Positions 18,194 to 28,171 of a stretch of DNA of 64,000 bases are shown piece after piece. Origin of the DNA: Clostridia bacterium (GTDB lineage: Bacteria; Bacillota; Clostridia; Christensenellales; UBA1242); assembly GCA_028709705.1 (NCBI GenBank), contig JAQVWL010000001.1:25728-89727 (forward strand), in the 5' to 3' direction. Positions within the stretch are counted from its first letter, which is position 1. The number at the start of each line of letters is the position of its first letter. Position numbers and translations under genes: made by a program. The notes beneath the pieces are model-generated. The model made no database searches. It had not been told where the DNA came from and worked only from the letters and a program-made list of their open reading frames with translations.

Positions 18194-20590
18194 TTATCTT
18201 AACTCAATTGAAAGTTTTTCTTTAAGGTTTTTTAATATTTTTTCAATATATTTATCAACCTCTTCGTGTGTTATTGGGTTTTCATCTGGTGCAAAAGTTA
18301 TATTATACGCCATACTTTTGTTACCATTTTCAATTTGTTCGCCTTTGTAAATGTCAAACAACACAACATTGCTAATTTTTTTGCTAGAAGCAAAAATAAT
18401 GTTTTCAATTTCCCCAGAAGTGATTTCTTCTTTTACCACAAGTGCCAAATCTCGTTTTATTTCAAGATGTTTTGAAACGGGTTTGTAATGATAATGTGGA
18501 TTGTATTTTTGATAAAATTCTTCAAAGTTTAGTTCTGCAATAAAAACGTTTTTGTCAATAGACAATTCTTCCAAAATATCGTATCCTACCTGACCAACAA
18601 AGCCAATTACTTTTTCTTCCAATAAAATATTTGCAGAAACATAAGGGTGCAAAAATGGTTTGTTTGTTGGTTCAAATCTAAATTTTAGATTAAAGTTTTC
18701 GGCAAATGATTCCAAAGCACCTTTTATGCTAAAAAAACTTTCGTCTTTTCCAAATGCCCCCAAACTTAATGTTTTTCTTTCTATCGGAAAGTCAACAAGT
18801 GGTAGTTCTTTGGGAATATAAATATTTGCAAGTTCAAAAAATCTTCCTTCTTCCACGCTTTTTTTAATGTTTTTTTCTATTATTCTTAAAGTTGAAGGTG
18901 CAAGTGTTGTTTTCATTATTTCAATGTCTTCGGTAAGTGGGTTTTGAAGTCTTATAAACTTTCTTTCAAAAGCGTCTTTTTCAAATTTAAACAAATCAAT
19001 GTCTTTTTCACCAAAAAAAGAATATGTTATAATTTCGCAAAATCCTTGGTTGACTAACGCGTTTTTTGCCTTAAATTCATCTTTTTGAGATTGTGAAAGT
19101 CCGCCTTTTGTTATTTGAGTGTTTTCCAAAAGTGTTGGTGTTATGTGGTCATATCCATAAATTCTTATAATTTCTTCTGCAAGGTCGGGGTAGCCGGTCA
19201 AATCTTCTCTATATTGTGGAACAATGGCAACAAATTCATCTTTTAAAGGGTTTGAAGTTATTTCAAAATTTAATCTTTGCAAAATGTCTATTATTGTTTC
19301 TTTGGATATGTCAATGCCAAGCAACTTGTTTATTTTGGAAAAACTTGTTGATATTTTTTGCAAAGGTTTTTCTTGTTTTCTGCTATCAAAATGTATGTTT
19401 GTAATTTTGCCACAATCAAGCAAATTTATCAAATTTAAGGCTCTTTTCATTGCCATTTCTGTTGTAAATTCATCAACACCTTTTTCAAAACGGTGTGAAG
19501 AATCTGAACTTTGCCCCAAGGCTCTTGAAGTTTTACGGATGTTTTCTCTTGTAAATTTTGCAGATTCAAACACAATTTCGGTTGTGGTTTCTGTTATTCC
19601 GCTATCAAGTCCGCCCATAATCCCTGCAAGTGCAACGGGTTTTTTGCTGTCACAAATAACAAGGTTTTTGTCGTTTAAAGCAAATTCCTTTTTATCCAAT
19701 GTGCTTATTTTTTCATTTTCTTTTGCTCGCCTTATAACAATTTTTTGCCCTTCAAGTTTTTGAAAGTCAAATGCGTGCATTGGTTGCCCCATTTCTAGCA
19801 AAACATAATTTGTTATGTCAACTATTGTGTTGATTGGATTTATTCCACAAAGTAATAGTCTTCTTTTTATAAAAATAGGGGAGTCCTTAATTTTTATATT
19901 TTCAACCAAGTGTGCGATATATCTTGGGCAAAGTTCGTTATCCAAAACTTCAACTGTTAGTTTCTTTTCGTTTTCTTCATTTTCAACAAAAAAAATTGAA
20001 GGCATTTTTAAAGGTTTTTTAAGTATTGCAGAAACTTCTCTTGCCATTCCCAAAATGCTTTGGCAGTCTGGGCGATTGGCGGTGATAGAAATATCAAAAA
20101 CAAAATCGTTTAGACCTACAATGTCCTTTATGTCAGCACCTTTTGGAGTGTTTTCGGGCAAAATTAAAATACCATATACACTTGCTCCCGCAAAAAAGTT
20201 GTCATCAATTCCAAGTTCTTCGCCAGAGCAAAGCATTCCATTAGAAGCAACGCCCCTTAATTTTCCACTTTTTATTTTTATGCCATTTTTAAGGGTTGCT
20301 CCGTCAAGTGCAACAGGCACAACTGCACCAACAAAAACATTGCTTGCTCCTGTTACAATTTGAATATTTTCGCCATATTTTCCGCAATCTAACTTGCAAA
20401 TTTGCAAGTGGTCGCTATCTTGGTGTTTTTCAATGCTTGTGATAACTCCTACAACGCATCTTGAAATTTCTTTTCCCAAATCTAGCACTTCTTCAACTTC
20501 GAAACCGCTTGAAAAAAGTTTGGTTTCCAACTCTTTGATGGAAACATCAATATCAACATATTCTTTTAACCAACTTATAGGTAATTTCAT
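18194..20590 (-). CDS. pheT: Phenylalanine--tRNA ligase beta subunit
   Basis: 798 aa. MKLPISWLKEYVD N-terminus, tRNA-binding OB, B3/4, B5 and FDX-ACB arrangement. Confidence 0.96.
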   Translation of the reverse strand: MKLPISWLKEYVDIDVSIKELETKLFSSGFEVEEVLDLGKEISRCVVGVITSIEKHQDSDHLQICKLDCGKYGENIQIVTGASNVFVGAVVPVALDGATLKNGIKIKSGKLRGVASNGMLCSGEELGIDDNFFAGASVYGILILPENTPKGADIKDIVGLNDFVFDISITANRPDCQSILGMAREVSAILKKPLKMPSIFFVENEENEKKLTVEVLDNELCPRYIAHLVENIKIKDSPIFIKRRLLLCGINPINTIVDITNYVLLEMGQPMHAFDFQKLEGQKIVIRRAKENEKISTLDKKEFALNDKNLVICDSKKPVALAGIMGGLDSGITETTTEIVFESAKFTRENIRKTSRALGQSSDSSHRFEKGVDEFTTEMAMKRALNLINLLDCGKITNIHFDSRKQEKPLQKISTSFSKINKLLGIDISKETIIDILQRLNFEITSNPLKDEFVAIVPQYREDLTGYPDLAEEIIRIYGYDHITPTLLENTQITKGGLSQSQKDEFKAKNALVNQGFCEIITYSFFGEKDIDLFKFEKDAFERKFIRLQNPLTEDIEIMKTTLAPSTLRIIEKNIKKSVEEGRFFELANIYIPKELPLVDFPIERKTLSLGAFGKDESFFSIKGALESFAENFNLKFRFEPTNKPFLHPYVSANILLEEKVIGFVGQVGYDILEELSIDKNVFIAELNFEEFYQKYNPHYHYKPVSKHLEIKRDLALVVKEEITSGEIENIIFASSKKISNVVLFDIYKGEQIENGNKSMAYNITFAPDENPITHEEVDKYIEKILKNLKEKLSIELR

Positions 20591-20619
20591 TTTTTCTCCT
20601 AATTTTTTTCTTTTATATT

Positions 20620-21639
20620 TTACTTGAATTGTTTTAGCAGTCTTATATCATTTTCAAACAAAAGTTTTATGTTTGGAATACCATATTTTAGCATTGCAAT
20701 TCTATCCATTCCAACACCAAGGGCAAGTCCTGTGTAAATTTCTGGGTCAATACCGCCGTTTTTAAGCACATTTGGATGCACCATTCCACCGCCCAAAACT
20801 TCTATCCAACCTGTGTTTTTACAAAGTTTGCAACCAGCACCGCTACAATTAAAGCATTGCACATCAACTTCCACACTTGGTTCTGTAAAAGGGAAAAAAG
20901 AAGGTCGCAATCTTGTCTTTGTGTTTTTGTCAAAAAGTGCTTTTGCAAGATTGTCAAGCACACCATAAAGGTCGCAAACTGTCAATCCTTTGTCAACAAC
21001 AAGACCTTCCATTTGGTGAAACATAGGACTGTGTGTTGCATCATCATCACTGCGGAAAACTTTGCCCGGCACCATAACTTTTATTGGCGGTTTTCTTTGT
21101 TCCATTACTCTTATTTGCCCCGGGGAAGTTTGAGTTCGAAGAAGCATTTCAGCGTTTATAAAAAATGTGTCTTGCATATCTCTTGCAGGGTGGTCTTTGG
21201 GAACATTAAGTGCAGTAAAATTGTAATAGTCGCTTTCAATTTCAGGTCCTTCAAACATAGAAAAACCAAGCCCTTCAAAAATTTCTATCATTTCTTTTTT
21301 TATCAATGTGATAGGGTGAAGCGAACCAACCTTTTGACTTTTTGATGGCATTGAAATATCAATTTTTTCACTTTTATATTTTTCTTCAAGTTCTTTTTTT
21401 CCAATTTTTTTAAGTTCATAAGAAAATTCATTTTCTGCCCAAACTTTAAAAGAGTTTATAAGTTTTCCAAGTGCTGGTCTTTCTTCTTTGCTGACTTTGC
21501 CAAGTTCTTTCATCAAACCAGTGATTTCTCCACTTTTTCCAAGATACTTTGCTTGCAATTCAAAAAACTCTTTGCTGTTGCTAATTTGTTGCAACTGCAA
21601 TGATAATTGGTTTTGCATAAGTTTAATATTTTCTTCCAT
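20620..21639 (-). CDS. pheS: Phenylalanine--tRNA ligase alpha subunit
   Basis: Class II motifs (HPARDMQDTFF, FRSDDDATHSPMFHQMEGL, GLALGVGMDRIAM). Start at MEENIKL (21639) after GGAG. The track ORF extends upstream without support. Confidence 0.95.
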   Translation of the reverse strand: MEENIKLMQNQLSLQLQQISNSKEFFELQAKYLGKSGEITGLMKELGKVSKEERPALGKLINSFKVWAENEFSYELKKIGKKELEEKYKSEKIDISMPSKSQKVGSLHPITLIKKEMIEIFEGLGFSMFEGPEIESDYYNFTALNVPKDHPARDMQDTFFINAEMLLRTQTSPGQIRVMEQRKPPIKVMVPGKVFRSDDDATHSPMFHQMEGLVVDKGLTVCDLYGVLDNLAKALFDKNTKTRLRPSFFPFTEPSVEVDVQCFNCSGAGCKLCKNTGWIEVLGGGMVHPNVLKNGGIDPEIYTGLALGVGMDRIAMLKYGIPNIKLLFENDIRLLKQFK

Positions 21640-21753
21640 TTTTTCTCCTATTACTGCAATATAAATACAAAACAAGTATAACAAAATAACCCAATTTGTC
21701 AATTTAATTAGGTATTTATAAACAAAAAAAAGAAAAATTTTATTTTCTTTTTT

Positions 21754-22464
21754 TTATTTTTGTTCTCTATCTTCCAAAATTTCTCTTTTGCTTGTTTTGA
21801 TATTAATGGAACAAGAATTTTCTAAAATACTTTTCATATCGTCATTTGCCAAACTTGCAAAAATTTCATTGTCCATATCTTTAAAATAATCGTAATATTT
21901 ATCTATATTTTTTGAAGTACTAACCATTATTGACAATGGTTCCATAATAATATCTCTTTTTTTGTTATATGTTTTTTGCAAATCTTTCCAAGATTTTAGA
22001 AAAAAATCATAAGGATTTTGATTTCTTAAACACGCACCCAGACCGCAAGAAACATCTACAAAAGTTTGTTTGTTGTCAATTTCAAGCAAGCACAAAGCGT
22101 GATTGCCATTAAATTTGGTGTCCTTACTTTTTGCAGCTGTTTTGACATAAAAAGTGCGGACTCCGTCAATTTGTGTGCACATCAAGCAAAAAGCCTCCGC
22201 AAATTGACCACAAACACCAACATTGCATTTCATAAGTTTGTCAAGATTAATCTCTTCTTTCAAATTCAAAGTAGGGTCGTTTTTCAAAAATCGTTCTTTT
22301 GCAGAATAATTGTAAAAAAAATTGCCCAAACACCAATCAAAAAGTTGTTTTATTTGATATTCAACAGGCAAAGTTCTGTCAATTCTATCACAAACCTCCA
22401 AAACTTTGTTTATAGTTTTTGTTTTTTTTCTTTGCTCATCTTTTCTTATGTCTTTTATTTCCAT
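21754..22464 (-). CDS. Hypothetical protein, possible transglutaminase-like cysteine peptidase fold
   Basis: Candidate Cys-His-Asp arrangement: GVCGQFAEAF ... GNHALCLLE ... FVDVS. Assignment by eye only. Confidence 0.45.
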   Translation of the reverse strand: MEIKDIRKDEQRKKTKTINKVLEVCDRIDRTLPVEYQIKQLFDWCLGNFFYNYSAKERFLKNDPTLNLKEEINLDKLMKCNVGVCGQFAEAFCLMCTQIDGVRTFYVKTAAKSKDTKFNGNHALCLLEIDNKQTFVDVSCGLGACLRNQNPYDFFLKSWKDLQKTYNKKRDIIMEPLSIMVSTSKNIDKYYDYFKDMDNEIFASLANDDMKSILENSCSINIKTSKREILEDREQK

Positions 22465-22646
22465 TGTGCCACCTTATGCTTATTAATGTAATATACTAAA
22501 TATAACATCATTATATATAACAAACACTATTTGTCAATAACTTTTTGCAACAAAAATAAAGTTTTTTTGCAATTGGGTCTTGACAAATTTTTTCTTGTAT
22601 TGTATTATGTTTTTACTTTAAAAAAAAGAGGGTAGGGGAAAATAAA

Positions 22647-23468
22647 ATGGCAAAAATTTCAGAAAAACAAGATTTGGAAAAGCAAGGAAATTTGAAGCAG
22701 TTTAGCGAAAAGCAAATTCAGAAAAACAAAGATAAGTTTAATGCTTTGGTTGGACTACCTGAACTTTGGGGTAACGCAGAATACAAAGAACTTGTAAAAA
22801 ATATAGTTGACATTGGTGTTTATGAAGATTTTGGTGATTGGCGAGAAGGTTATGTGATACTTAAAGATGGACAAAAACTAAATTTTATGAGTTATAAATT
22901 TGCTCCATATGAAGAAAAGTTTTCAGAAAACCTTTCAGAATATAAAAAATATTTGATAGTAAGCCCTAATATGATAAACACGGAAAAAGCAAAGGGAAAT
23001 GTTTGGAGTATTTGGGATAGTGGAAGCAAAATTTTTATTTTTGAAAAGCGAAACAAAAATCAAAAAATGTTAAGCGTTGTTAGCACAGAAAACAATTACA
23101 AAGAAACAAATTATTACACAACAAAGCACAAATGGTTTGGCAAAGATTGGGCAATAAAATGGCCAAACACAGGATTTGCTAGCCACAAAACAGTGATTAT
23201 GGCAAACATTTTAGACAAAGAAAATTTTACAAAAAATCAAGCATATTTTTTTGATAACGACATTCAACAAGAAAATTTTTGCACAAATCAAATAGATTAC
23301 TTGGAAACTAACGATGAACATAATAATTATCATTTGATAACTTCACTTGTTTTTTGTGATAAAGAAAAAATAAATTTGGCTGAAGTTTATTACGCAATGG
23401 AACCAAACTTAACATTAGACCAATTCGGTGTGGAAGGCAAAAAAAATTTCAAGGAACAAACTTTTTAG
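22647..23468 (+). CDS. Hypothetical protein (273 aa)
   Basis: ORF with a GAGGGTAGGGG RBS and an upstream TTGACA-N17-TATTAT promoter. No recognisable motif. Confidence 0.5.
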   Translation: MAKISEKQDLEKQGNLKQFSEKQIQKNKDKFNALVGLPELWGNAEYKELVKNIVDIGVYEDFGDWREGYVILKDGQKLNFMSYKFAPYEEKFSENLSEYKKYLIVSPNMINTEKAKGNVWSIWDSGSKIFIFEKRNKNQKMLSVVSTENNYKETNYYTTKHKWFGKDWAIKWPNTGFASHKTVIMANILDKENFTKNQAYFFDNDIQQENFCTNQIDYLETNDEHNNYHLITSLVFCDKEKINLAEVYYAMEPNLTLDQFGVEGKKNFKEQTF

Positions 23469-23586
23469 GGATTGTCCCTTTTTTTTATTTTAAAATTTGT
23501 CAAAAAAATTCTTGACAATATAGAATTTGTTTGTTAAAATAATTTTGTTAAAAAAAATTAATCTTGCTTTGCAAGTTTGAGGATAT

Positions 23587-24861
23587 ATGAAAAACAAAAT
23601 AGATAAAACTACCAACTGGTATAGAATTGACAATGCAGGCAAACTATACACAGTTTTACATAAACCAAATTGCACTTGCGTTTTTAGAATTGCAGCAAAT
23701 ATGAAAAAACCGGTCCAACCCGATGTTTTAGAAAAGGCAATAAACGACTTAAAACCAAGATTTCCTTCACTTTATGTTCGCCGTAAAAGTGGTTTTTTTT
23801 GGTATTATCTTGAAGCCAATAAAAAACAAGTTGTTTTGCGAGAAGAAGATTCAGTTATGAACAAATATATTGCATCAAACATTAACAACAACTATGTTTT
23901 TGCTTTTTATTATTATCAAAACAGAATAAGTTTTGAATGTTGCCACGCACTTACTGACGGCTATGGTGGGTTGGAACTTTTAAAAGCAGTTGTTTATAGA
24001 TATCTTGAACTTTTGGGCCATGAAATGAAAACTGAAAATAAAGTCAGAACCTTTGAGCAAGAAGTTTCGCCAGCAGAAACCGAAGATAGTTATCAAAAAT
24101 ATTATACCGAAAACGACAGAAAAAGAGAAAAAATACCTGATGCTTATCACATAAAAGGGCAAAAACTTGATATGAGCAAAGGCACAGGTGTTATTTTTGG
24201 AAAACTTGATGCAGGTCAATTAAATTTGGTTGCCAAAAAATATAACGCATCAATAACAGGTTATTTGTCAGCACTATACACTTGGTCTGTTTGGAAAACA
24301 CATTGCGACAAAATCAAAAAGAACGAACCGATAAATGTTTGTATTCCTGTAAATTTAAGAAAAATGTTTCCATCAGAAACATTAAGAAACTTTTCTTTGG
24401 TTTTCTATTCTTCAATAATTTGTGATAACAATACAACTTTTGAAGATGTTTTGAAAAAAACTTATCAAGCGTTTGTAGACGGAATTCAAAAAGATAAATT
24501 GCAAACTTTTTTAAATGCAAATGTGTATATGGAAAAAAGTTTTAGGATAAAATATTTTCCTTTGTTTTTGAAAAATATTGTTATTGGTATTGCAAGTGTA
24601 GTGATTGGCGAAAAAAACAACACAAGAAGTTTGTCAAATTTGGGTATTGTTGATATGCCTGAATGTATGAAAAAACACATAATTGACTTTGAATGTAGTA
24701 ATACAACTGGTGTTGCAATAATGACTGCAAACAACATTGCAACAATCAGTTTTTCAAGGGAAATTATGGATACCAAAATTGAACAGTTTTTCTTTTCGGC
24801 ACTTGCAGATGAAGGGTTGAAAGTAGAAATTCAAAGCAATTTAAAAGAAGAAATAAATTAA
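23587..24861 (+). CDS. HxxxD-type acyltransferase (condensation / alcohol acetyltransferase-like)
   Basis: FECCHALTDGYGG matches the HxxxDG catalytic motif of condensation-domain/AATase-type acyltransferases. 424 aa. Confidence 0.6.
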   Translation: MKNKIDKTTNWYRIDNAGKLYTVLHKPNCTCVFRIAANMKKPVQPDVLEKAINDLKPRFPSLYVRRKSGFFWYYLEANKKQVVLREEDSVMNKYIASNINNNYVFAFYYYQNRISFECCHALTDGYGGLELLKAVVYRYLELLGHEMKTENKVRTFEQEVSPAETEDSYQKYYTENDRKREKIPDAYHIKGQKLDMSKGTGVIFGKLDAGQLNLVAKKYNASITGYLSALYTWSVWKTHCDKIKKNEPINVCIPVNLRKMFPSETLRNFSLVFYSSIICDNNTTFEDVLKKTYQAFVDGIQKDKLQTFLNANVYMEKSFRIKYFPLFLKNIVIGIASVVIGEKNNTRSLSNLGIVDMPECMKKHIIDFECSNTTGVAIMTANNIATISFSREIMDTKIEQFFFSALADEGLKVEIQSNLKEEIN

Positions 24862-24867
24862 AAATAA

Positions 24868-24953
24868 GGGGTTGAAGCAAAATTTGCGGGAGCAAATTTT
24901 TGAAAAGCCTTTCGGCTTTTCGGCGGGGGCTACCGCCCCCGCGCTTCAACCCC
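24868..24953. other. 86-nt perfect four-way-junction (cloverleaf-like) GC-rich palindromic element
   Basis: The outer 11-bp stem GGGGTTGAAGC (24868-78) / GCTTCAACCCC (24943-53) encloses three abutting hairpins. These are 24879-24900 (9 bp, loop GGGA), 24902-24921 (8 bp, loop TTTC) and 24923-24942 (8 bp, loop TACC). Confidence 0.85.
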
Positions 24954-24966
24954 TAAAGGAGAAAAA

Positions 24967-25659
24967 ATGTTATATTGTAAACATTGCAAAGTTCACATAT
25001 CCACAGAAACGGAATATTGTCCACTTTGCCACAGAAAATTAGAAAAAGGGGAAAATGTTGAAACTCAAATAACTTTTCCTCAAACACAAAGCAAGGAAAC
25101 ACAAAAAAGAAATTTGCTTAAAATAATTATGAACATAGTATGTCCAATATTGATTGCCACAACTGTTTTAATCAATCTGCTTACATATACCGGAGTGCTT
25201 TGGAGCGTGATTGACACAATGGGCATAATTTATGTTTGGTTTCTTGCTATGTGGTCATTCAAAAAAGATTCAAGTTTGGGAATAAAAATTTTGGCAAACG
25301 TGCTTGCAATAAATTTAATTCTTATATCCGTAAACATTTTTGGTTACAATTTGGCAACAATACCAAACGAACTTTGGGCGTTAACATACGTACTTCCATT
25401 TATTTTAAGCGGAGTTATTTTGATAAACAATGTTTTTATACTTTTTAAAAAATTTGCAATAAAAGAATTTTTGTTTTCTCAATTATCTCTTTGCCTTGTA
25501 AGCATAACGTTTTTTATGTTGATGCTATGCTTGGACCCTGTTAGTGTGCTTTTCCCCAAACTTATTGTCGGCTCAATGGCACTAATATCACTTGTCACAA
25601 TATTTGCACTTGCTCCCAAAAGTGTGGTGCAAGAATTTAAAAAGAAATTTCATATATAA
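24967..25659 (+). CDS. Zinc-ribbon membrane protein (N-terminal CxxC...CxxC, then multi-TM)
   Basis: MLYCKHCKVHISTETEYCPLCH followed by several hydrophobic segments. AAGGAG RBS. Confidence 0.6.
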   Translation: MLYCKHCKVHISTETEYCPLCHRKLEKGENVETQITFPQTQSKETQKRNLLKIIMNIVCPILIATTVLINLLTYTGVLWSVIDTMGIIYVWFLAMWSFKKDSSLGIKILANVLAINLILISVNIFGYNLATIPNELWALTYVLPFILSGVILINNVFILFKKFAIKEFLFSQLSLCLVSITFFMLMLCLDPVSVLFPKLIVGSMALISLVTIFALAPKSVVQEFKKKFHI

Positions 25660-25799
25660 AACATACAAAAAAATACTATACCGCAAAAGTATAGTATTTT
25701 TTTGATTTAAATATATTTTACAACTTATTTTATTTGCTTTTTATTATTTTAGTTCACAAATCAAATTTGTTATGATAAAATATTATTGGAGTTAAAAAA

Positions 25800-26510
25800 A
25801 TGTTAGAAATAAATAATTTGGTAAAAACTTATGGAACAAAAAAGGCAGTTAACAATTTGACCATTCAAGTTCCAAGCGGAGAAATCTGTGCTTTTATTGG
25901 TCACAATGGTGCAGGCAAAACTACGGCATTGAAAGCAATATCAGGCATTATTGACTTTGAAGGCGAAATAATGGTTGATGGAAAATCTATCAAAACACAA
26001 CCTTTGGAAGTTAAAAAAATCATTGGTTATTTGCCAGACAATCCCGATTTGTATGAAAATTTAAAAGGTATTGACTATCTCAATTTTATTGCTGATGTTT
26101 ATGAAATAAACGCAGAAACAAGGCAAAAAAGAATAGAAGAATATGCAAAAAGATTGAAAATATATGATGATTTAAAAGCGGTTATATCTACATATTCTCA
26201 CGGAATGAAGCAAAAATTGGCTCTTGTTTCAATTTTTATTCACAAACCAAAATTATATTTGTTTGATGAACCTTTTGTTGGTCTTGACCCAATAAGTTCG
26301 CACGAACTTAAAAAAATTATGGATGAAGAATGTAAAAATGGCTGTACGTTTTTCTATTCAACACACATTTTGGAAGTTGCAGAAAAAATTTGTTCTAGCA
26401 TTGTAATAATTAAAAAAGGCAAACTTATGGGCAGTGGAAAAATGAAAGATGTCAAAGGCGATAAGGACCTCGAAAAATTGTTTTTGGAATTGGAGAAGAA
26501 TGATGACTAA
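25800..26510 (+). CDS. ABC transporter ATP-binding protein
   Basis: Walker A GHNGAGKTT, signature YSHGMKQKL, Walker B LYLFDEP. Confidence 0.92.
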   Translation: MLEINNLVKTYGTKKAVNNLTIQVPSGEICAFIGHNGAGKTTALKAISGIIDFEGEIMVDGKSIKTQPLEVKKIIGYLPDNPDLYENLKGIDYLNFIADVYEINAETRQKRIEEYAKRLKIYDDLKAVISTYSHGMKQKLALVSIFIHKPKLYLFDEPFVGLDPISSHELKKIMDEECKNGCTFFYSTHILEVAEKICSSIVIIKKGKLMGSGKMKDVKGDKDLEKLFLELEKNDD

Positions 26511-28095
26511 ATTTTTTTCTCTTGTAAAAGTTCAACTTATTCAGTTGCTAAATGTAATTGCCATTAAGGGTTCAGGAAAAAAATCTGGCAAATTTTTGGG
26601 TATGACTCTTTTTGTTTTTGGACTTTTGGGTGTTTATTTTACATTTTTGTATTATCAAACAGGTGTTGCACTTGCCAGCGGTGGAATGCTTAATTATCTT
26701 TTTGTTCAAGTGGGAATAACCTCAGTTTTGTTTATCACAATGCTTATAACAATGGAGGCGCAGTCGCATTTTTTTAAAACAAAAGATTTTGAAATGCTTG
26801 CAAGTATGCCACTTAAAAGCAGTACAATAGTATCTGCAAAACTTGTTGCTGTTTTGTTTTCAGCATATCTTTACACTGCGGTAACTTTGATTCCGGGCAT
26901 TGTTGCATATTTTATTTTGGCAGGGTTCAGTTTTGGGACTTTCTTGCTTTGCATTTTGGGCTTTTTGCTTTTTCCTATAATACCAACCTTGATAGGAACT
27001 TTGATTGGTTTGTTATTTTCGTTTATTTATGCAAAGGCAAAAAATCCGCATCTTATAAGTTTTGCCTTGATATTAATTTTCATTTTACTTTATAGTGTTT
27101 TTTACGCAAAGTTCTATGATATTTTGACTTACTTTGTAAACCAAGGTGCAAGTTTCCAAACTGCGTTATACATTGTAATTCCAACTGTTGGTTTCTTTTT
27201 GTCTGGCATTGTGGAAGGCAATTTTATATTCTTGCTTCTTAACATTGCAATAAATTTGCTGGCACTTTTGGCAATTATAGTTTTTGTTTCCGCACTTTAC
27301 AAAAAAATCAACTTTGCACTTAACAAATCTGTTGCAAGAATTTCCAAAAAAGAATTGTCATATAATCAAACATCCGTTTTGACCAATCTTATAAAAACAG
27401 AAGCCAAAAGATATTTTGGTGTTATGGTTTATATGTTTAACACAATATTTATGGCAATAATAGGTTTGATTTTGCCTTTTGTAATTTATTTTTCTTCGGT
27501 TGACAGTTTGGGGTTTGGCAGTGGAAACGGTGTTAGTTTGTTTTTGATTTTACTAATGCTAACCACAATTACAATGTCAGGTTCCAACACTGCAAGCGTT
27601 TCCATTTCAATGGAAGGTACAAAGTTTGAAAACTTAAAAGCATTGCCTATTTCCCCTCAAAAAATAATTTTTGCCAAAATTGCGTTCAATGTGTTGTTGG
27701 TCTTGCCATTTATTTTGCTATCAGGAATTTTGAATTTTATTTTATTCGGTAGCGAGTTTACCATTTTAACTGCAATTATATTTTTTGCTTATCCAATTTT
27801 GGCGGTTGTCGGCTGTGCAATGTTTGGAATGTTAATAAATCTTACTTTCCCAAAAATGAAATATCAAAATTATGTGCAAGTTGTAAAGCAAAGTGCAAGT
27901 GCATTGATTGGTTTGTTGGGCGGTGTGGTTCTTATGGTTTTGCCTTTTGTGTTATATCTATCTACACTTATCAGTTATATGAGTTTAGAGTTGTTTTTGT
28001 TGTTGGAATTTACTTATTTATCGCTTTTTGTAGTTATAAATTTCTTGGCACTAAAAAAACTTGGGGTTAAGTTATTTAACAAAATCAGTTGCTAA
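26500..28095 (+). CDS. Polytopic membrane protein, putative permease partner of the ABC ATPase
   Basis: The ATGATGA overlap with the upstream stop and a GGAG RBS favour a start at 26500. The protein is highly hydrophobic throughout. Confidence 0.65.
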   Translation: MMTKFFSLVKVQLIQLLNVIAIKGSGKKSGKFLGMTLFVFGLLGVYFTFLYYQTGVALASGGMLNYLFVQVGITSVLFITMLITMEAQSHFFKTKDFEMLASMPLKSSTIVSAKLVAVLFSAYLYTAVTLIPGIVAYFILAGFSFGTFLLCILGFLLFPIIPTLIGTLIGLLFSFIYAKAKNPHLISFALILIFILLYSVFYAKFYDILTYFVNQGASFQTALYIVIPTVGFFLSGIVEGNFIFLLLNIAINLLALLAIIVFVSALYKKINFALNKSVARISKKELSYNQTSVLTNLIKTEAKRYFGVMVYMFNTIFMAIIGLILPFVIYFSSVDSLGFGSGNGVSLFLILLMLTTITMSGSNTASVSISMEGTKFENLKALPISPQKIIFAKIAFNVLLVLPFILLSGILNFILFGSEFTILTAIIFFAYPILAVVGCAMFGMLINLTFPKMKYQNYVQVVKQSASALIGLLGGVVLMVLPFVLYLSTLISYMSLELFLLLEFTYLSLFVVINFLALKKLGVKLFNKISC

Positions 28096-28142
28096 TATTT
28101 TTTTAAAAAACACTATTGATTGTCAAATTTATGCAATAAATG

Positions 28143-28171
28143 TTGACAAAATATGTTTTTGGTGCTATTAT
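28143..28171 (+). promoter_or_regulatory. Sigma-A-type promoter giving a leader of about 210 nt for the small zinc-ribbon gene
   Basis: TTGACA (28143-48), a 17-nt spacer, then TATTAT (28166-71). Confidence 0.55.

Noticed and set aside
21640-21753. Expected T-box leader upstream of pheS
   Set aside because: Only about 110 nt separate pheS from the upstream gene. That space is occupied by a terminator and a TTGACA/TATACT promoter. No specifier or T-box sequence is visible.
24764-24949. Track ORF (-) 61 aa across the four-way-junction element
   Set aside because: It has no RBS and overlaps the 3' end of the acyltransferase gene in antisense. It is open only because of the GC-rich palindromes.
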